Source: a candidate division FCPU426 bacterium
GTDB lineage: Bacteria > Oederibacteriota > Muellerivitia > Muellerivitales > Muellerivitaceae
Assembly (NCBI GenBank): GCA_963719085.1
Contig: CAVRAL010000001.1
Location: 1,377,999-1,441,998, forward strand
Reading direction: 5' to 3'
DNA: 64,000 nt
Both the position numbers and the translations under genes were made by a program. Shown here piece after piece: positions 52,988-62,979 of the stretch; the first letter of the stretch is position 1; each line of letters starts with the position of its first letter. The notes under the pieces were generated by a model, which was not told where the DNA came from, did not search any database, and saw only the letters and a program-made list of their open reading frames with translations.

Positions 52988-54511
52988 TTACAGTGAATTC
53001 CAACGCTTTTCCAACCGGTCCGCCGAAAGATGGGGCTGGGCTTTCAGGGCCGCCTCCAACAGGGACCTGACCATAAGCCCCGTTTTTTCCCGGTCCTTCA
53101 ATTGCCGGAATAGGTCGTAGCCGGCTCCGCCCTCGGCGAGAAAACCGTTCGTGGCCACTTTATAACGGTACCGGTCATTCAGCGGCTCCGTCCCCACCAA
53201 AATGGTCAGCCCCTCGGGCGCGCGGCTGATGGTGAGGCCCGACACCTGCAAAAATCCGGCGCTTCCCGCCGCGGCGGCCGATTGTTCAATGACTTTGCGC
53301 AAAATTTTTCCCGGCATCTCAAAGGTGATGACATCGTCTTCATAGGGAAACAAGGTATAAAGATTTTCCCGGGTGAAGGGCCCGGCCTTTAAATCTTCCA
53401 CAAAGGCGCCGCTGTGAATGAGCGCGACGGCGGCGCCGCTGGCCTGGCGGACCGCGTCCGCGGTGATTTGCCCCAATAAAGAGTCGCCCGATTCGTTATT
53501 GGCCGCCGGGGCCGTCACGGTGGCGAGGACCTCGTCCAAGGAAAGGTTTTGCAGTTTTTTCTCGAACTTGGCCAGCAAGGCCAGCATCTGGGGGTCTTCC
53601 GGCAAGTCGGCTGTAATGGGAATGAGTTGATATTTATAATCCTGAATGGCGTAGCCGTGTTTACGATCCCCATCCACGGTTAAATCGAGCCGTCCCAAGT
53701 AAAGCCCGTGGGAGCCCGCCTGGACAATCAAGGGACCGTTTAAGGTTCCATCCTTGCGTTTGTCGACCACGGGGTCCGTTAGCACATCTTGGGAATAGCC
53801 GCCCACCACCACATGAAGGAAACTGTTTTCCTTCGCCAGTTTCTCGTCCGCCGCCAGGCCCTCATGGGTGAGCGCGATAAAAAAATCGGCGTCCTTTTTA
53901 AGGATCGAATGAAGTCCCTTGGCCACGTCGCTGGGCGGATAAAAGGTCAGCCCCCGTACATTCTCCCGTTTGGTGAGTTGAGGGGTTTTTTCGTTGCTAA
54001 ATCCGATGATCCCGATCCGAAGCCCGGGAACGCTCCTTAAAACATACGATTGCATGAAGTTCTGGCCGCCCACCATGATGGCGTTGGCCGAGATCCAATG
54101 GATTTTGTAATCCTTCTCAAAACCCAAAAGCGCTTTCTCGCCCTCATCAAAGTCCCGTTCGCCCAAGACCACGGCGTCATAACCCATTAACTTATAGGCG
54201 GCGCAATCCACTTCCCCCTTGGTCAGGTCGGATAAGGCGGTTCCGGTGAAAAGATTTCCGCCATCTACCAAAAAAACGCTGGAAGGGCCGACTTCCTGCC
54301 GGATTTTATCGACTAACGCCATGCGGCGCGCCACACCGCCCACCGGTTTGCTGGCGTCGCTGGAGGGAATGGGCTCCACTTGGCCTAATTGGTCATTGGT
54401 AAAAAGAAGCGTGAGGTGGGAAACCCGGGCTTGGGCGCTTAAGGGAAAACAGAGGAAAAAAAGCGGAAAGAAAAGCCGAAGGACCGTGAAAAAAACGTAT
54501 TTTGGTTTCAT
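52988..54511 (-). CDS. Secreted 5'-nucleotidase/UshA-like protein with degenerate active site
   Basis: Signal peptide; metallophosphoesterase plus 5'-nucleotidase C domain layout (TND, GG.AR, LVDGG, QAG..G.YLG.L, FLQVSG, FLA.GG.GY). Confidence 0.85.
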   Translation of the reverse strand: MKPKYVFFTVLRLFFPLFFLCFPLSAQARVSHLTLLFTNDQLGQVEPIPSSDASKPVGGVARRMALVDKIRQEVGPSSVFLVDGGNLFTGTALSDLTKGEVDCAAYKLMGYDAVVLGERDFDEGEKALLGFEKDYKIHWISANAIMVGGQNFMQSYVLRSVPGLRIGIIGFSNEKTPQLTKRENVRGLTFYPPSDVAKGLHSILKKDADFFIALTHEGLAADEKLAKENSFLHVVVGGYSQDVLTDPVVDKRKDGTLNGPLIVQAGSHGLYLGRLDLTVDGDRKHGYAIQDYKYQLIPITADLPEDPQMLALLAKFEKKLQNLSLDEVLATVTAPAANNESGDSLLGQITADAVRQASGAAVALIHSGAFVEDLKAGPFTRENLYTLFPYEDDVITFEMPGKILRKVIEQSAAAAGSAGFLQVSGLTISRAPEGLTILVGTEPLNDRYRYKVATNGFLAEGGAGYDLFRQLKDREKTGLMVRSLLEAALKAQPHLSADRLEKRWNSL

Positions 54512-54542
54512 CGAAAAATCCCGGAAGCTGACTTGAAAAAAA

Positions 54543-54893
54543 CTAAAACTCTCCGACCGCGTCCTGCTCGGTTTTCAAGATATGAAAAAGTCCCGGAAGT
54601 TCCAATAAATCAAAAACTTTATAAATATCAGGGCTGACGTTGGCGATTTTAATGTCGCCCCGGTTTTTGCGCACATCCTTGATGATGGACATCAGAACAC
54701 CGAAACCGGCGCTGGAGATATAGGTGAGTTTTTTCATGTTAAGAACGACTTTATACTGTTTCTTTTTGAAGAGATCTTGCAGCACTCCCTCAAACTCGCC
54801 CACGGTATTAATGTCTAAAACGCCCTCAATATCAACGACGGTCACCGCCGTATTGGACATAGCGGCCCGAGCCGCGAGAACCAAGCGCTCCAT
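54543..54893 (-). CDS. STAS domain anti-sigma factor antagonist
   Basis: G.LD, L.YISSAG.G motif with phosphorylatable Ser; AGGAGG RBS. Confidence 0.92.
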   Translation of the reverse strand: MERLVLAARAAMSNTAVTVVDIEGVLDINTVGEFEGVLQDLFKKKQYKVVLNMKKLTYISSAGFGVLMSIIKDVRKNRGDIKIANVSPDIYKVFDLLELPGLFHILKTEQDAVGEF

Positions 54894-54930
54894 CCACGAA
54901 CCTCCTGAGAGTTTTCAAAAAGAAACGCCA

Positions 54931-55839
54931 TCACCCGCGCGCGGCGGGAACTAAAGCTTCCACGAACAACCGGGGATCATAGACGAGCAAATCCTCCGGA
55001 CCTTCCCCCAAACCCAAAAACCGAATCGGCAAACCCAACTGCTCCGCCAAAGCCACGACCACGCCGCCTTTGGCCGTCCCATCCAGCTTCGTCACCACCA
55101 ACCCCGTCAGTCCCGTGCGCTGATGAAATTCCCGCGCCTGAACCAGCGCGTTCTGACCCGTATTGGCGTCCAAAACCAGCCACTTTTCCTGGGCGATTCC
55201 CGGCGAGACTTTTTGAGGAACCCGGACAATCTTCTCAAGCTCTTCCATCAGGTTTTGGCGGTTGTGCAATCTTCCGGCCGTATCCACCAAGATACAGTCG
55301 GCGCCGCGTGAGAGGCCTGTTTGAACCGCGTCAAAAACCACCGCCGAAGGAGCGGCTCCGTGATTCCCCCGGAACACCTCTACTCTAGCACGTCCCGCCC
55401 ACTCCGTCAGCTGTTCTTCTGCCGCCGCGCGGAAGGTATCGCCGGCCGCCAAAAGAACCCGCCGCCCCTCCCGGCTAAAATGAACGGCTAATTTACCCGC
55501 GGTCGTGGTCTTCCCCGCCCCGTTGACCCCCAGTAAAAGAATCACCGCCGGTTTAGGCAGTTCCAGGGGTGTTTGAACTTTCGTCAGCTTTTGATGGAGG
55601 GCCTCCCTCAAAAGCGACGAAGCATCCGTTTCACCCTGGGATTTCGCGGCCTTCTCCTTGATTTCTTTCACCAAAGCCTGGGCCGTGGCCAAACCCACAT
55701 CCGAAAGAATCAGACGTTCTTCCAACACTTTTAAGGCCTCGTCTGAAATTTTTTTTCCGAGCACAAGGTCGGCCAAACCGCCCAAGAGCCCCTGGGCGGT
55801 TTTTTGAAGGCCTTTTTTAAACTGGTCAAACAGTCCCAC
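54931..55839 (-). CDS. ftsY: Signal recognition particle receptor FtsY
   Basis: GVNGAGKTTT, DTFRAAA, DTAGR, TKLDGTAKGG. Confidence 0.97.
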   Translation of the reverse strand: MGLFDQFKKGLQKTAQGLLGGLADLVLGKKISDEALKVLEERLILSDVGLATAQALVKEIKEKAAKSQGETDASSLLREALHQKLTKVQTPLELPKPAVILLLGVNGAGKTTTAGKLAVHFSREGRRVLLAAGDTFRAAAEEQLTEWAGRARVEVFRGNHGAAPSAVVFDAVQTGLSRGADCILVDTAGRLHNRQNLMEELEKIVRVPQKVSPGIAQEKWLVLDANTGQNALVQAREFHQRTGLTGLVVTKLDGTAKGGVVVALAEQLGLPIRFLGLGEGPEDLLVYDPRLFVEALVPAARG

Positions 55840-56965
55840 GATTACCCGTCCTTAAGGCTGGAGGTCCCGCCCAAGCCTTTTGAATATAGCGCGCCACTTC
55901 GGCCACCGGGACGGAATCACAAAGATGGTCCGCCGCCCGGAAGATTTTCTTTTCCCGGGCCCCGATGGGCCCCCACCGGGCCGGCTCGCTGGGGCCAAAC
56001 ACCGCCGCGACCTCCGTCACCAGGGAAACCGCGTGCATCATTCCGCTGTCATTGCAAACGAAACCGTCAAACCGCTTGGCGGCTTCCAGTATAAATAAAA
56101 GATCATGGCCGGGAAGAATGAACAATCCGGGAATATCGACGGCCTTTTTCCTAAAATCATCCAAAGCCTCGTCTTCCCCCCAACCGTGGACCAGCACGAA
56201 CTTCAACCGGGTCGATCGGGAAAGGCCGCGGATCAGTTCCAAATATTTTTCCGGCGCCCACCGGTTGTCTTTTTTTCCCAGGGTCGGATGAAATCCCAAC
56301 ACCTTGTCCCGGGGACCGATTTCACAGGCCCGCCAAAACTGATCCGCTTGAAAAATAATTCCTTCCGGCAGCCTCGGAATCCTTTTAATCTCAGGCGGAT
56401 TGCCCAGCTCCGGGAAAAGACGCTTCACCAGTTTCCAATTTTTATCCCGTTCCTGGACATCCGCCCCGCAAAGCGGAACCCCGGCGTTATAAATTTTGGC
56501 GGAAGGATCTCCGCCCCGCTCGTCAAAAAAGCCAACCCGGAAGGGACTCCCGGACAAGAGGGTCCAAACCGCGGTCGTATTGGAAAAAGGAAAAGAATGA
56601 AAATCCAGGGTCACCTCATAGGAGTTTAACTTGAGCGCGGCCAACAGCTTGGCCCGGGCCCAAAGCCCTTTGCGGTAAATTTGGAGGTTCCATTCGGGGA
56701 AAAAAAGCCGGGCCAGCGCCTCGCCCCGTTCCCCCACCACCAAAGTCGTCCGGCAACGGGGGCCCGCTTTTTTTCGGAAAGCGATTAAGGCGGGCAGGTT
56801 TAACACAAAATCCCCCAACCGATCCGGCCGAATCAACAAGGCGGCCGCCGGTCGATCCGAGGGTAATTTTTTGGGGGAGCTTTCGCTTTTTAAAAACCAA
56901 TCCAGCAGGGATAAAAAGACCTTCTTGGCCCGGCGTTCCACCGGGCCCGTCAGTGAGGAGATCAA
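55826..56965 (-). CDS. Glycosyltransferase family 9 (heptosyltransferase-like)
   Basis: IRPDRLGDFVL..P, RW..E.Y, CNDSG.MH, FGPS...WGP. Confidence 0.88.
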   Translation of the reverse strand: MISSLTGPVERRAKKVFLSLLDWFLKSESSPKKLPSDRPAAALLIRPDRLGDFVLNLPALIAFRKKAGPRCRTTLVVGERGEALARLFFPEWNLQIYRKGLWARAKLLAALKLNSYEVTLDFHSFPFSNTTAVWTLLSGSPFRVGFFDERGGDPSAKIYNAGVPLCGADVQERDKNWKLVKRLFPELGNPPEIKRIPRLPEGIIFQADQFWRACEIGPRDKVLGFHPTLGKKDNRWAPEKYLELIRGLSRSTRLKFVLVHGWGEDEALDDFRKKAVDIPGLFILPGHDLLFILEAAKRFDGFVCNDSGMMHAVSLVTEVAAVFGPSEPARWGPIGAREKKIFRAADHLCDSVPVAEVARYIQKAWAGPPALRTGNRGTV

Positions 56966-59900
56966 GAAACCGTCGATTCCTCCGGCGAGTTTTCCTTGAA
57001 TTTAGCCGAAATGATCTTGGAAACCCCGGATTCCTGCATCGTCACACCATAAATGACATCGCCCGTTTCCATGCTGAGCTTGTTATGGGTGACCATGACG
57101 AACTGAGTCCTTTTGCTGAATTCTTTCAACAGGTGGGTGAAACGGCTCACGTTGACATCGTCCAAGGGGGCGTCAATTTCATCCATCAAACAGAAGGGGC
57201 TGGGTTTGACCATGAAAAGCGCGAAAAGAAGCGCGATCGCGGTCAAGGCTTTCTCGCCCCCGGATAAAAGCGAGACCGATTGGAGCCTTTTGCCGGGTGG
57301 GCGGGCCACAATCTCGATTCCCGATTCCAGCACATCACCCTCATCAATCAGGATCAGCTCGGCCCGGCCGCCCTCAAATAACCTTTGGAAAATATCTTTA
57401 AAATTTTCCTGCACGGTCGCGAAGGTCGAGGTAAAAAGCTCCTTCGACGTCAGGTTGATTTTGTGGATAGCCTTCTGTAAATCGTCCTTGGCCTTCAAAA
57501 GGTCTTCCCGCTGTTCGGCCAAAAACTTAAAGCGCTGGGAAAGCTCATCGTACTCTTCCACGGCCACCATGTTGACCAGCCCCAGACGCTCGATCTTGGC
57601 GCGAAGCTCAATGGATTCCTTTTCCGCCGTGTCAGCGTTGAAAGAATCATCCAACGCCACCGGCGGATTTTCCAGGTCGACCTTATATTCCACCTGCAGC
57701 TTTTCCTCGATATTGCGGGACTCCACATGGATTTGGGCTTCCTGAACCTCAAAGGAATGAAGGTCGCGTTGGATTTCCTCGAACTTAGCCCGGGAGCTGT
57801 GCACCTTTTCGGCCATGGTCTCGACTTCCGCCGCCACGCCGCCACGTTTGTCCACGATCTGGTCAACCTTGGCGTCAGCTTCGCGCTTGGCTTCCGACAA
57901 GCCGCTGGTTTTTTTGGTGAGGTCGTCCAGAGCCAAACTCAATTGGTCGCTTTGCTGGGCCAGTTGGGCGTTTTCCTCGTTCTTCTGAACGATCATTTCC
58001 GAAAGCTGAGCCTGTTCCTTTTGATAGCGGTCAGCCTCTTCCTGGGCTCGAACCGCCACCTCTTCCAAGGCCGACAATTCCATGTCCACTTGCAGCACTT
58101 GTTTTGAGAGTTCTTCTTTTTGGGTCTGGAGGCCCTGCAAAACGCGCCGGGCTTCTGTGATTTGTTCTTGCGTCAAATGATGGGCCTGCTCGCTCTTGGC
58201 TAAAAGACCCGTGAGTTCCTGGATGCGTTCCTTATCGAAATTCCAATGCTCTTGAAGCAGGGACTTTTCTTTTTCCTCGGCGGCCCGCTCATTTTTCAAA
58301 CGTTCCAAAGTCTCGGACGTTTGGGAAAGTTCCTTTTCCAATTCCGCCAAACGGATCTTGAGCTGTTGGCGGCGGCCTTCAGCGCCCAAAAGGGCGTCCT
58401 CAAAGGACTTACGGCTTTTTTTGGCCTCGCTTAAACCATTTTCGGATTGTTGAAGCTGTTCTTCCAACCCCTTCAGGTTTTCCGAAAGCTCAGTGATTTC
58501 CCGATGCCGTCCCAGGAGGGATAAATCAGAAGTCTTGGAGCCCGCCTTCACGAACCCTAAGGGACCCAATCGATCGCCATCCGCCGTCACAAACCGCACC
58601 CGGGGATAGTTTGGTGAAAGCCGCTCCGCCGCGTCCCAGTCCGAAACCAAGATATCCTGCTCAAAGAGGAACGAAATCACCGGCTCAAATTCCGGGCTAA
58701 ATTTCAAGAAAGAACGAAGCGCGTTCACGACTCCCGGCTCCGTCAGCACCTTTTCGGGAACCGGATGACGGTCGAGCTTGGCCAAATCTTCTAACACGAA
58801 CATGGAGACCTTGCCCTGGCCTTCGGATTTCAAAAAAGCGATCACCTTGCGGGCGTCCTCGGCTTTTTCCACCACCAACGATTGCAGTTGGCCGCCCAAA
58901 AGGGCTTCCGCGGCCGTTTCCTGGGCCTGTTCCACGGTTAAAAGGTCCGCCACCACGCCCCGAACGCCTTGCCACATCAAGGGTTCTTGTTGTTTGGCTT
59001 GAAGGATCGATTTCACCCCGGGATCGTAGCCCGTGAGCTTATTTTGAAGCTCTAAAAGCACCCCGTAACGCGACCGCGCCTCGGAAACTTGATTGTTGAG
59101 TTGTTGGATGGAGACCAGAATCTCGTCGATCTTGATTTCCAAAGCCGAAAGCTGGGTTTGGGCGTTGAGGACATTCTCGCTTTCCCGGGCTTCCTGTTCT
59201 TGGGACGTTTGTCTTTCTTCGGTCAAGCGGCCCAGCCGGTCTTGGGACTCTTGGGTTTCCCGCGCCAAGCGCTCCAGATTCAAGGCCAACTCGGAAACCT
59301 TACGGGACGTTTCCTCGTCCTGGGACTTGAGCGAATCCAGTTCGGCGCGCATCTGGGCCGCCTGGGTCACCAAATCCACCGCGGCCAGATTTTGGCTTTC
59401 CAGATTTTCAGCCTTCGCCGAAAGGTCATTCTCGAGGGCTTGCAGGTTTTCTTCCAGATTCTTTTTACGGTCGATCTTTTCTTGTTTTTGCTCCACGCGG
59501 TTTTTCAAAAGATGCAGGCGCTCGGCCACCCAAACCTTCATTTGTTCCACCCGGTTGGCGGCTTCGATCACTTGCTGGGCGTTGCGCTGCGCTTGGTCCG
59601 AAAGCAGGGTCTTGTGCTGTTGGGTTCCCTCGATGCGTCCCTGGGTGACTTCGACTTCACTGCTGACTTTATAAGCCTGTTCCCGCAAAGCCGCCAACTC
59701 CTGCTCGATTTGAGCCAGATGGGTCCTTTGGTTTTTTTCCTGGTTTTCCAAATGATGGGTCTCGCCCTTGGCGGACTCTAGTTTTTCCTTCACTTGATTC
59801 ATCTTGTGGTGAACGTCTTTGAGCTTGGTTTTGAGTTTGACGGACTTATCCAAATGAATTTGCACCTGGAGCTTAGCGAGCTCTTCTTTGAATTCCCGGT

Positions 59901-60543
59901 ATTTTTCCGCCTGTTTGGCTTGGCGTTCCAGGGAAGTAATTTGCCGTTTGATTTCCGCTACGATGTCGGCGATGCGCACCAAATTTTGCTCGGTGGCGTC
60001 CAGTTTTCTCAACGCCTCTTCTTTCCGGGATTTGTATTTGGTGATGCCGGCGGCTTCCTCAAAAATAACGCGCCGCTCCATGGGCTTGGCCGTCACGATC
60101 TTGTCCATCTTGCCTTGTTCCATGACTGAGTAAGCGCTGGTACCCAGGCCCGTTCCCATTAAAAGTTCACGAACGTCCTTCAGGCGGGCCGGGACTTTAT
60201 TGATGAGATATTCGCTTTCGCCCGAACGGTAGACCCGGCGGGTGATGCCGATTTCCGCGAACTCCAAGGCCAGGGCCTTGTCCTCGTTGGTCAGGGTCAG
60301 GGTGACCTCGGCCATGCTGGCGGCCTTGCGGGTGTCGGTGCCGTTAAAAATAACGTCGGTCATTTCATTGGCGCGAAGACCCTTGGCGGATTGCTCGCCC
60401 AAAACCCAGCGCACACTGTCGGCCACGTTGGTTTTGCCGCATCCGTTCGGCCCGACCACGGCCGTGATGCCCGGCTCGAAAAGCAGTTCGGTTTTATCAG
60501 CGAAGGATTTAAAGCCGTGAATTTCTAATTTCTTGAGGTACAA
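56962..60543 (-). CDS. smc: Chromosome segregation protein SMC
   Basis: GFKSF, VGPNGCGKTN, coiled coils with hinge, LSGGEK, DEIDAPLD. Confidence 0.98.
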   Translation of the reverse strand: MYLKKLEIHGFKSFADKTELLFEPGITAVVGPNGCGKTNVADSVRWVLGEQSAKGLRANEMTDVIFNGTDTRKAASMAEVTLTLTNEDKALALEFAEIGITRRVYRSGESEYLINKVPARLKDVRELLMGTGLGTSAYSVMEQGKMDKIVTAKPMERRVIFEEAAGITKYKSRKEEALRKLDATEQNLVRIADIVAEIKRQITSLERQAKQAEKYREFKEELAKLQVQIHLDKSVKLKTKLKDVHHKMNQVKEKLESAKGETHHLENQEKNQRTHLAQIEQELAALREQAYKVSSEVEVTQGRIEGTQQHKTLLSDQAQRNAQQVIEAANRVEQMKVWVAERLHLLKNRVEQKQEKIDRKKNLEENLQALENDLSAKAENLESQNLAAVDLVTQAAQMRAELDSLKSQDEETSRKVSELALNLERLARETQESQDRLGRLTEERQTSQEQEARESENVLNAQTQLSALEIKIDEILVSIQQLNNQVSEARSRYGVLLELQNKLTGYDPGVKSILQAKQQEPLMWQGVRGVVADLLTVEQAQETAAEALLGGQLQSLVVEKAEDARKVIAFLKSEGQGKVSMFVLEDLAKLDRHPVPEKVLTEPGVVNALRSFLKFSPEFEPVISFLFEQDILVSDWDAAERLSPNYPRVRFVTADGDRLGPLGFVKAGSKTSDLSLLGRHREITELSENLKGLEEQLQQSENGLSEAKKSRKSFEDALLGAEGRRQQLKIRLAELEKELSQTSETLERLKNERAAEEKEKSLLQEHWNFDKERIQELTGLLAKSEQAHHLTQEQITEARRVLQGLQTQKEELSKQVLQVDMELSALEEVAVRAQEEADRYQKEQAQLSEMIVQKNEENAQLAQQSDQLSLALDDLTKKTSGLSEAKREADAKVDQIVDKRGGVAAEVETMAEKVHSSRAKFEEIQRDLHSFEVQEAQIHVESRNIEEKLQVEYKVDLENPPVALDDSFNADTAEKESIELRAKIERLGLVNMVAVEEYDELSQRFKFLAEQREDLLKAKDDLQKAIHKINLTSKELFTSTFATVQENFKDIFQRLFEGGRAELILIDEGDVLESGIEIVARPPGKRLQSVSLLSGGEKALTAIALLFALFMVKPSPFCLMDEIDAPLDDVNVSRFTHLLKEFSKRTQFVMVTHNKLSMETGDVIYGVTMQESGVSKIISAKFKENSPEESTVS

Positions 60544-60650
60544 GGACGAGGCTCCGATGGTTCTAGGAATTAAGAGGTGATGACAGGGCCCGGAGTAGGG
60601 ATAGGGGTGGAGTGGCCGGGTAAAAATAAATTGACATCACTAACTGGGAA

Positions 60651-60679
60651 AATCTAGCATCCCCACTGGTAGATGTCAA
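60651..60679 (-). promoter_or_regulatory. sigma70 promoter upstream of smc
   Basis: TTGACA-N17-TAGATT with extended -10 TG. Confidence 0.65.
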
Positions 60680-60749
60680 AATGTTTCTATCCCACCAAAT
60701 ATGGGGTTAAACGTCGTTATTAGGGTTTGAAAGGTGGAACAACAAAAAC

Positions 60750-62108
60750 TTAAAAAAGGCCTGTCGCCTTGTCGATTGAAGAGCGAATCACCGTCACTAA
60801 ACGAGTTAAATCCTGTTTAGAAATGGCCAAAGGTGGCATCAAGACAATCACATTGCCCAAAGGCCGCAAGAGAACGCCTTGTCTTTTGGCTTCAGCGCAA
60901 ACCCGATAACCCATTTTTTCGGCATAGCCATACGCTTCGCCGTTTTTTTTGTTTTTGACCAGTTCAATCCCGCCCATCAGTCCCCGCAAGCGGATGTCAG
61001 CGACATGGGGGTGCGCCGCCAAGGGTTCCAAGAGGGTCTGGAGTAAATCGCTTTTTAGCTGAACCTCTTTTAAGAACTTCGGTTTTTCAATTAGCTTCAA
61101 ATTCGCCAAAGCCGCCGCACAAGCTAGTTGGTTTCCGGTGAAGGTATGCCCGTGATAAAAAGTGCGGGCCGACTCAAATTTCCCAAGAAAGGCCCGGTAA
61201 ACCCGCTCGGTGGCCAGGGTCGCGGCCAGGGGCAAATAACCTGCCGTCAGGTTTTTCGCCAGGCAAAGGATGTCGGGCCTGACGCCTTCCTGCTCACAGG
61301 CGAACATCGTGCCGGTGCGCCCAAAGCCAGTCGCGACTTCATCCAAGATTAAAAGCACGTCATAGCGGTCGCAAAGTTTGCGGATCGCCTTCAAATAACC
61401 CCAAGGATGGGTCAGCATTCCCCCGGCGCCCTCGATCAAAGGTTCCAGATGCACTGCCGCCAAACGGGAACCGTGTTTTCGAAATACCGCTTCCAATTCT
61501 TTAACGCAATCGCCCAGCCACTTGGAATTGGAGATTTTACGCGATGGATAAACATGAGGGCTTTTGACTTTCAGCGTCTTAAAAAGAAGCGCCCCGAAGA
61601 TTTGATGGAACAGATCCACGCCGCCCAAGCTGACAGAGCCAATCGTGTCGCCGTGATAGCCTTCCCGAACGGTGAGGAATAAGTTCTTCTTAGGGCGGGC
61701 CGGCCGAACCTGGGCCCAAAACTGAAAAGCCATCTTGGCCGCGATCTCATTGGCTTCCGAACCTGAATCCGAATAAAAAACCCGGGTCAAACCCTTGGGC
61801 GCCATTTTAACCAGTTTTTCCGCCAATAAAATGGCAGGCTCATTGGAGGAGCCCAACAGGGTGGAATGGGCGATCTTTTTGAGTTGGGCTTGAATCGCCC
61901 GGTCAATCTCTGGAACCTGATGGCCATGCACATTGCACCAAAGCGATGAGACGCCGTCCAGGTACTTCCGGCCCTTAGCGTCGATCAGCGTGGTACCCTT
62001 GCCCTTGGTAATAATCGTAATATCAGGATCGGCTTCCCATTCCAGTTGCTGGGTAAAGGGATGCCAGAGGTATTTTTTGTCTTTCGCGGCTAAGGATGAA
62101 TGGTTCAT
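60750..62108 (-). CDS. bioA: Adenosylmethionine--8-amino-7-oxononanoate aminotransferase
   Basis: LWHPFTQ, DGVSSLWCNVHG, YSDSGS, YHGDT, DEVATGFGRTG, AK.LTAGYLP; adjacent to bioD. Confidence 0.96.
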   Translation of the reverse strand: MNHSSLAAKDKKYLWHPFTQQLEWEADPDITIITKGKGTTLIDAKGRKYLDGVSSLWCNVHGHQVPEIDRAIQAQLKKIAHSTLLGSSNEPAILLAEKLVKMAPKGLTRVFYSDSGSEANEIAAKMAFQFWAQVRPARPKKNLFLTVREGYHGDTIGSVSLGGVDLFHQIFGALLFKTLKVKSPHVYPSRKISNSKWLGDCVKELEAVFRKHGSRLAAVHLEPLIEGAGGMLTHPWGYLKAIRKLCDRYDVLLILDEVATGFGRTGTMFACEQEGVRPDILCLAKNLTAGYLPLAATLATERVYRAFLGKFESARTFYHGHTFTGNQLACAAALANLKLIEKPKFLKEVQLKSDLLQTLLEPLAAHPHVADIRLRGLMGGIELVKNKKNGEAYGYAEKMGYRVCAEAKRQGVLLRPLGNVIVLMPPLAISKQDLTRLVTVIRSSIDKATGLF

Positions 62109-62121
62109 TTTTTCCTTTTGA

Positions 62122-62832
62122 TCACTGAATCGGCAATCCCAATTTGGCTAGATTCCGTGCCAACAGATCCAAATCTTTTGGATATCGGGAATTCTTTTTC
62201 AGCGGTCCAAAGACAGGCACTTTCAAAAGTTTTTTCAGGGCTTTCACGTTGGTTTGTTCCGCCGCGCCTTTGCCCGTATAGCCGTTGACCACCACTCCCA
62301 AAATCTTCACTTTGCGTTTAGCCAAGGCTTCTAAAGTCAAAAGCGTGTGATTAATCGTCCCCAATCCAGCTCGAGCCACCACCAAGGTCGGCAATTTCCA
62401 TTTCACCATCCAGTCAATCGCCGAAAAGTTTTGGGTGATTGGAACTAACACGCCCCCAATCCCTTCCACCACCAACCGGTCATATTTCCGCTTTGTTTTT
62501 TGATAGGCTTTTTCAATATCGAGAAGTGAAACAGCGCCTTCTTTCCAAGCCGCTACATAGGGTGCTAAAGGCTGCCGGTAATGAATAGGAACAATGGAAG
62601 GATAGGCTGAATTGGGAAGCTTGGCCGCTTTTTGGAGAAGCTTTCCGTCTTCACTGATAAGACCGCCGCTCTTGTCCGTCGAAGTCTTAGCGGAGCCGGA
62701 TGCGACGGGCTTTAACACACCCACACGGTAACCTTGATTCAACCAGAGCCGGGTTAGACCAGCCGCGACCAAGGACTTCCCCACACCCGTATCGGTTCCG
62801 GAAATAAAAATGGGCGAGAATTTAGAGGACAT
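62122..62832 (-). CDS. bioD: Dethiobiotin synthase
   Basis: FISGTDTGVGKS, KPVASG, VEGIGG, LGTINHTLL. Confidence 0.96.
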   Translation of the reverse strand: MSSKFSPIFISGTDTGVGKSLVAAGLTRLWLNQGYRVGVLKPVASGSAKTSTDKSGGLISEDGKLLQKAAKLPNSAYPSIVPIHYRQPLAPYVAAWKEGAVSLLDIEKAYQKTKRKYDRLVVEGIGGVLVPITQNFSAIDWMVKWKLPTLVVARAGLGTINHTLLTLEALAKRKVKILGVVVNGYTGKGAAEQTNVKALKKLLKVPVFGPLKKNSRYPKDLDLLARNLAKLGLPIQ

Positions 62833-62873
62833 TGAGAGACTCTAACAAAAATCAAAAGCAAAGGCTATTTGAA

Positions 62874-62954
62874 CCACCAAGAACACCAAAACTGAAGTCA
62901 TCCGGTTTTCAAAAATACTTATTTTCATCCTCATCCTTCTTGGTGCCTTTGGCG
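62874..62954. repeat. Imperfect inverted repeat (REP/MITE-like) between bioF and bioD
   Basis: CCACCAAGAACACCAA ... TTGGTGCCTTTGGCG with an AT-rich spacer. Confidence 0.45.
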
Positions 62955-62979
62955 AAATGATTTTCAGGCGTTTTTTTCT

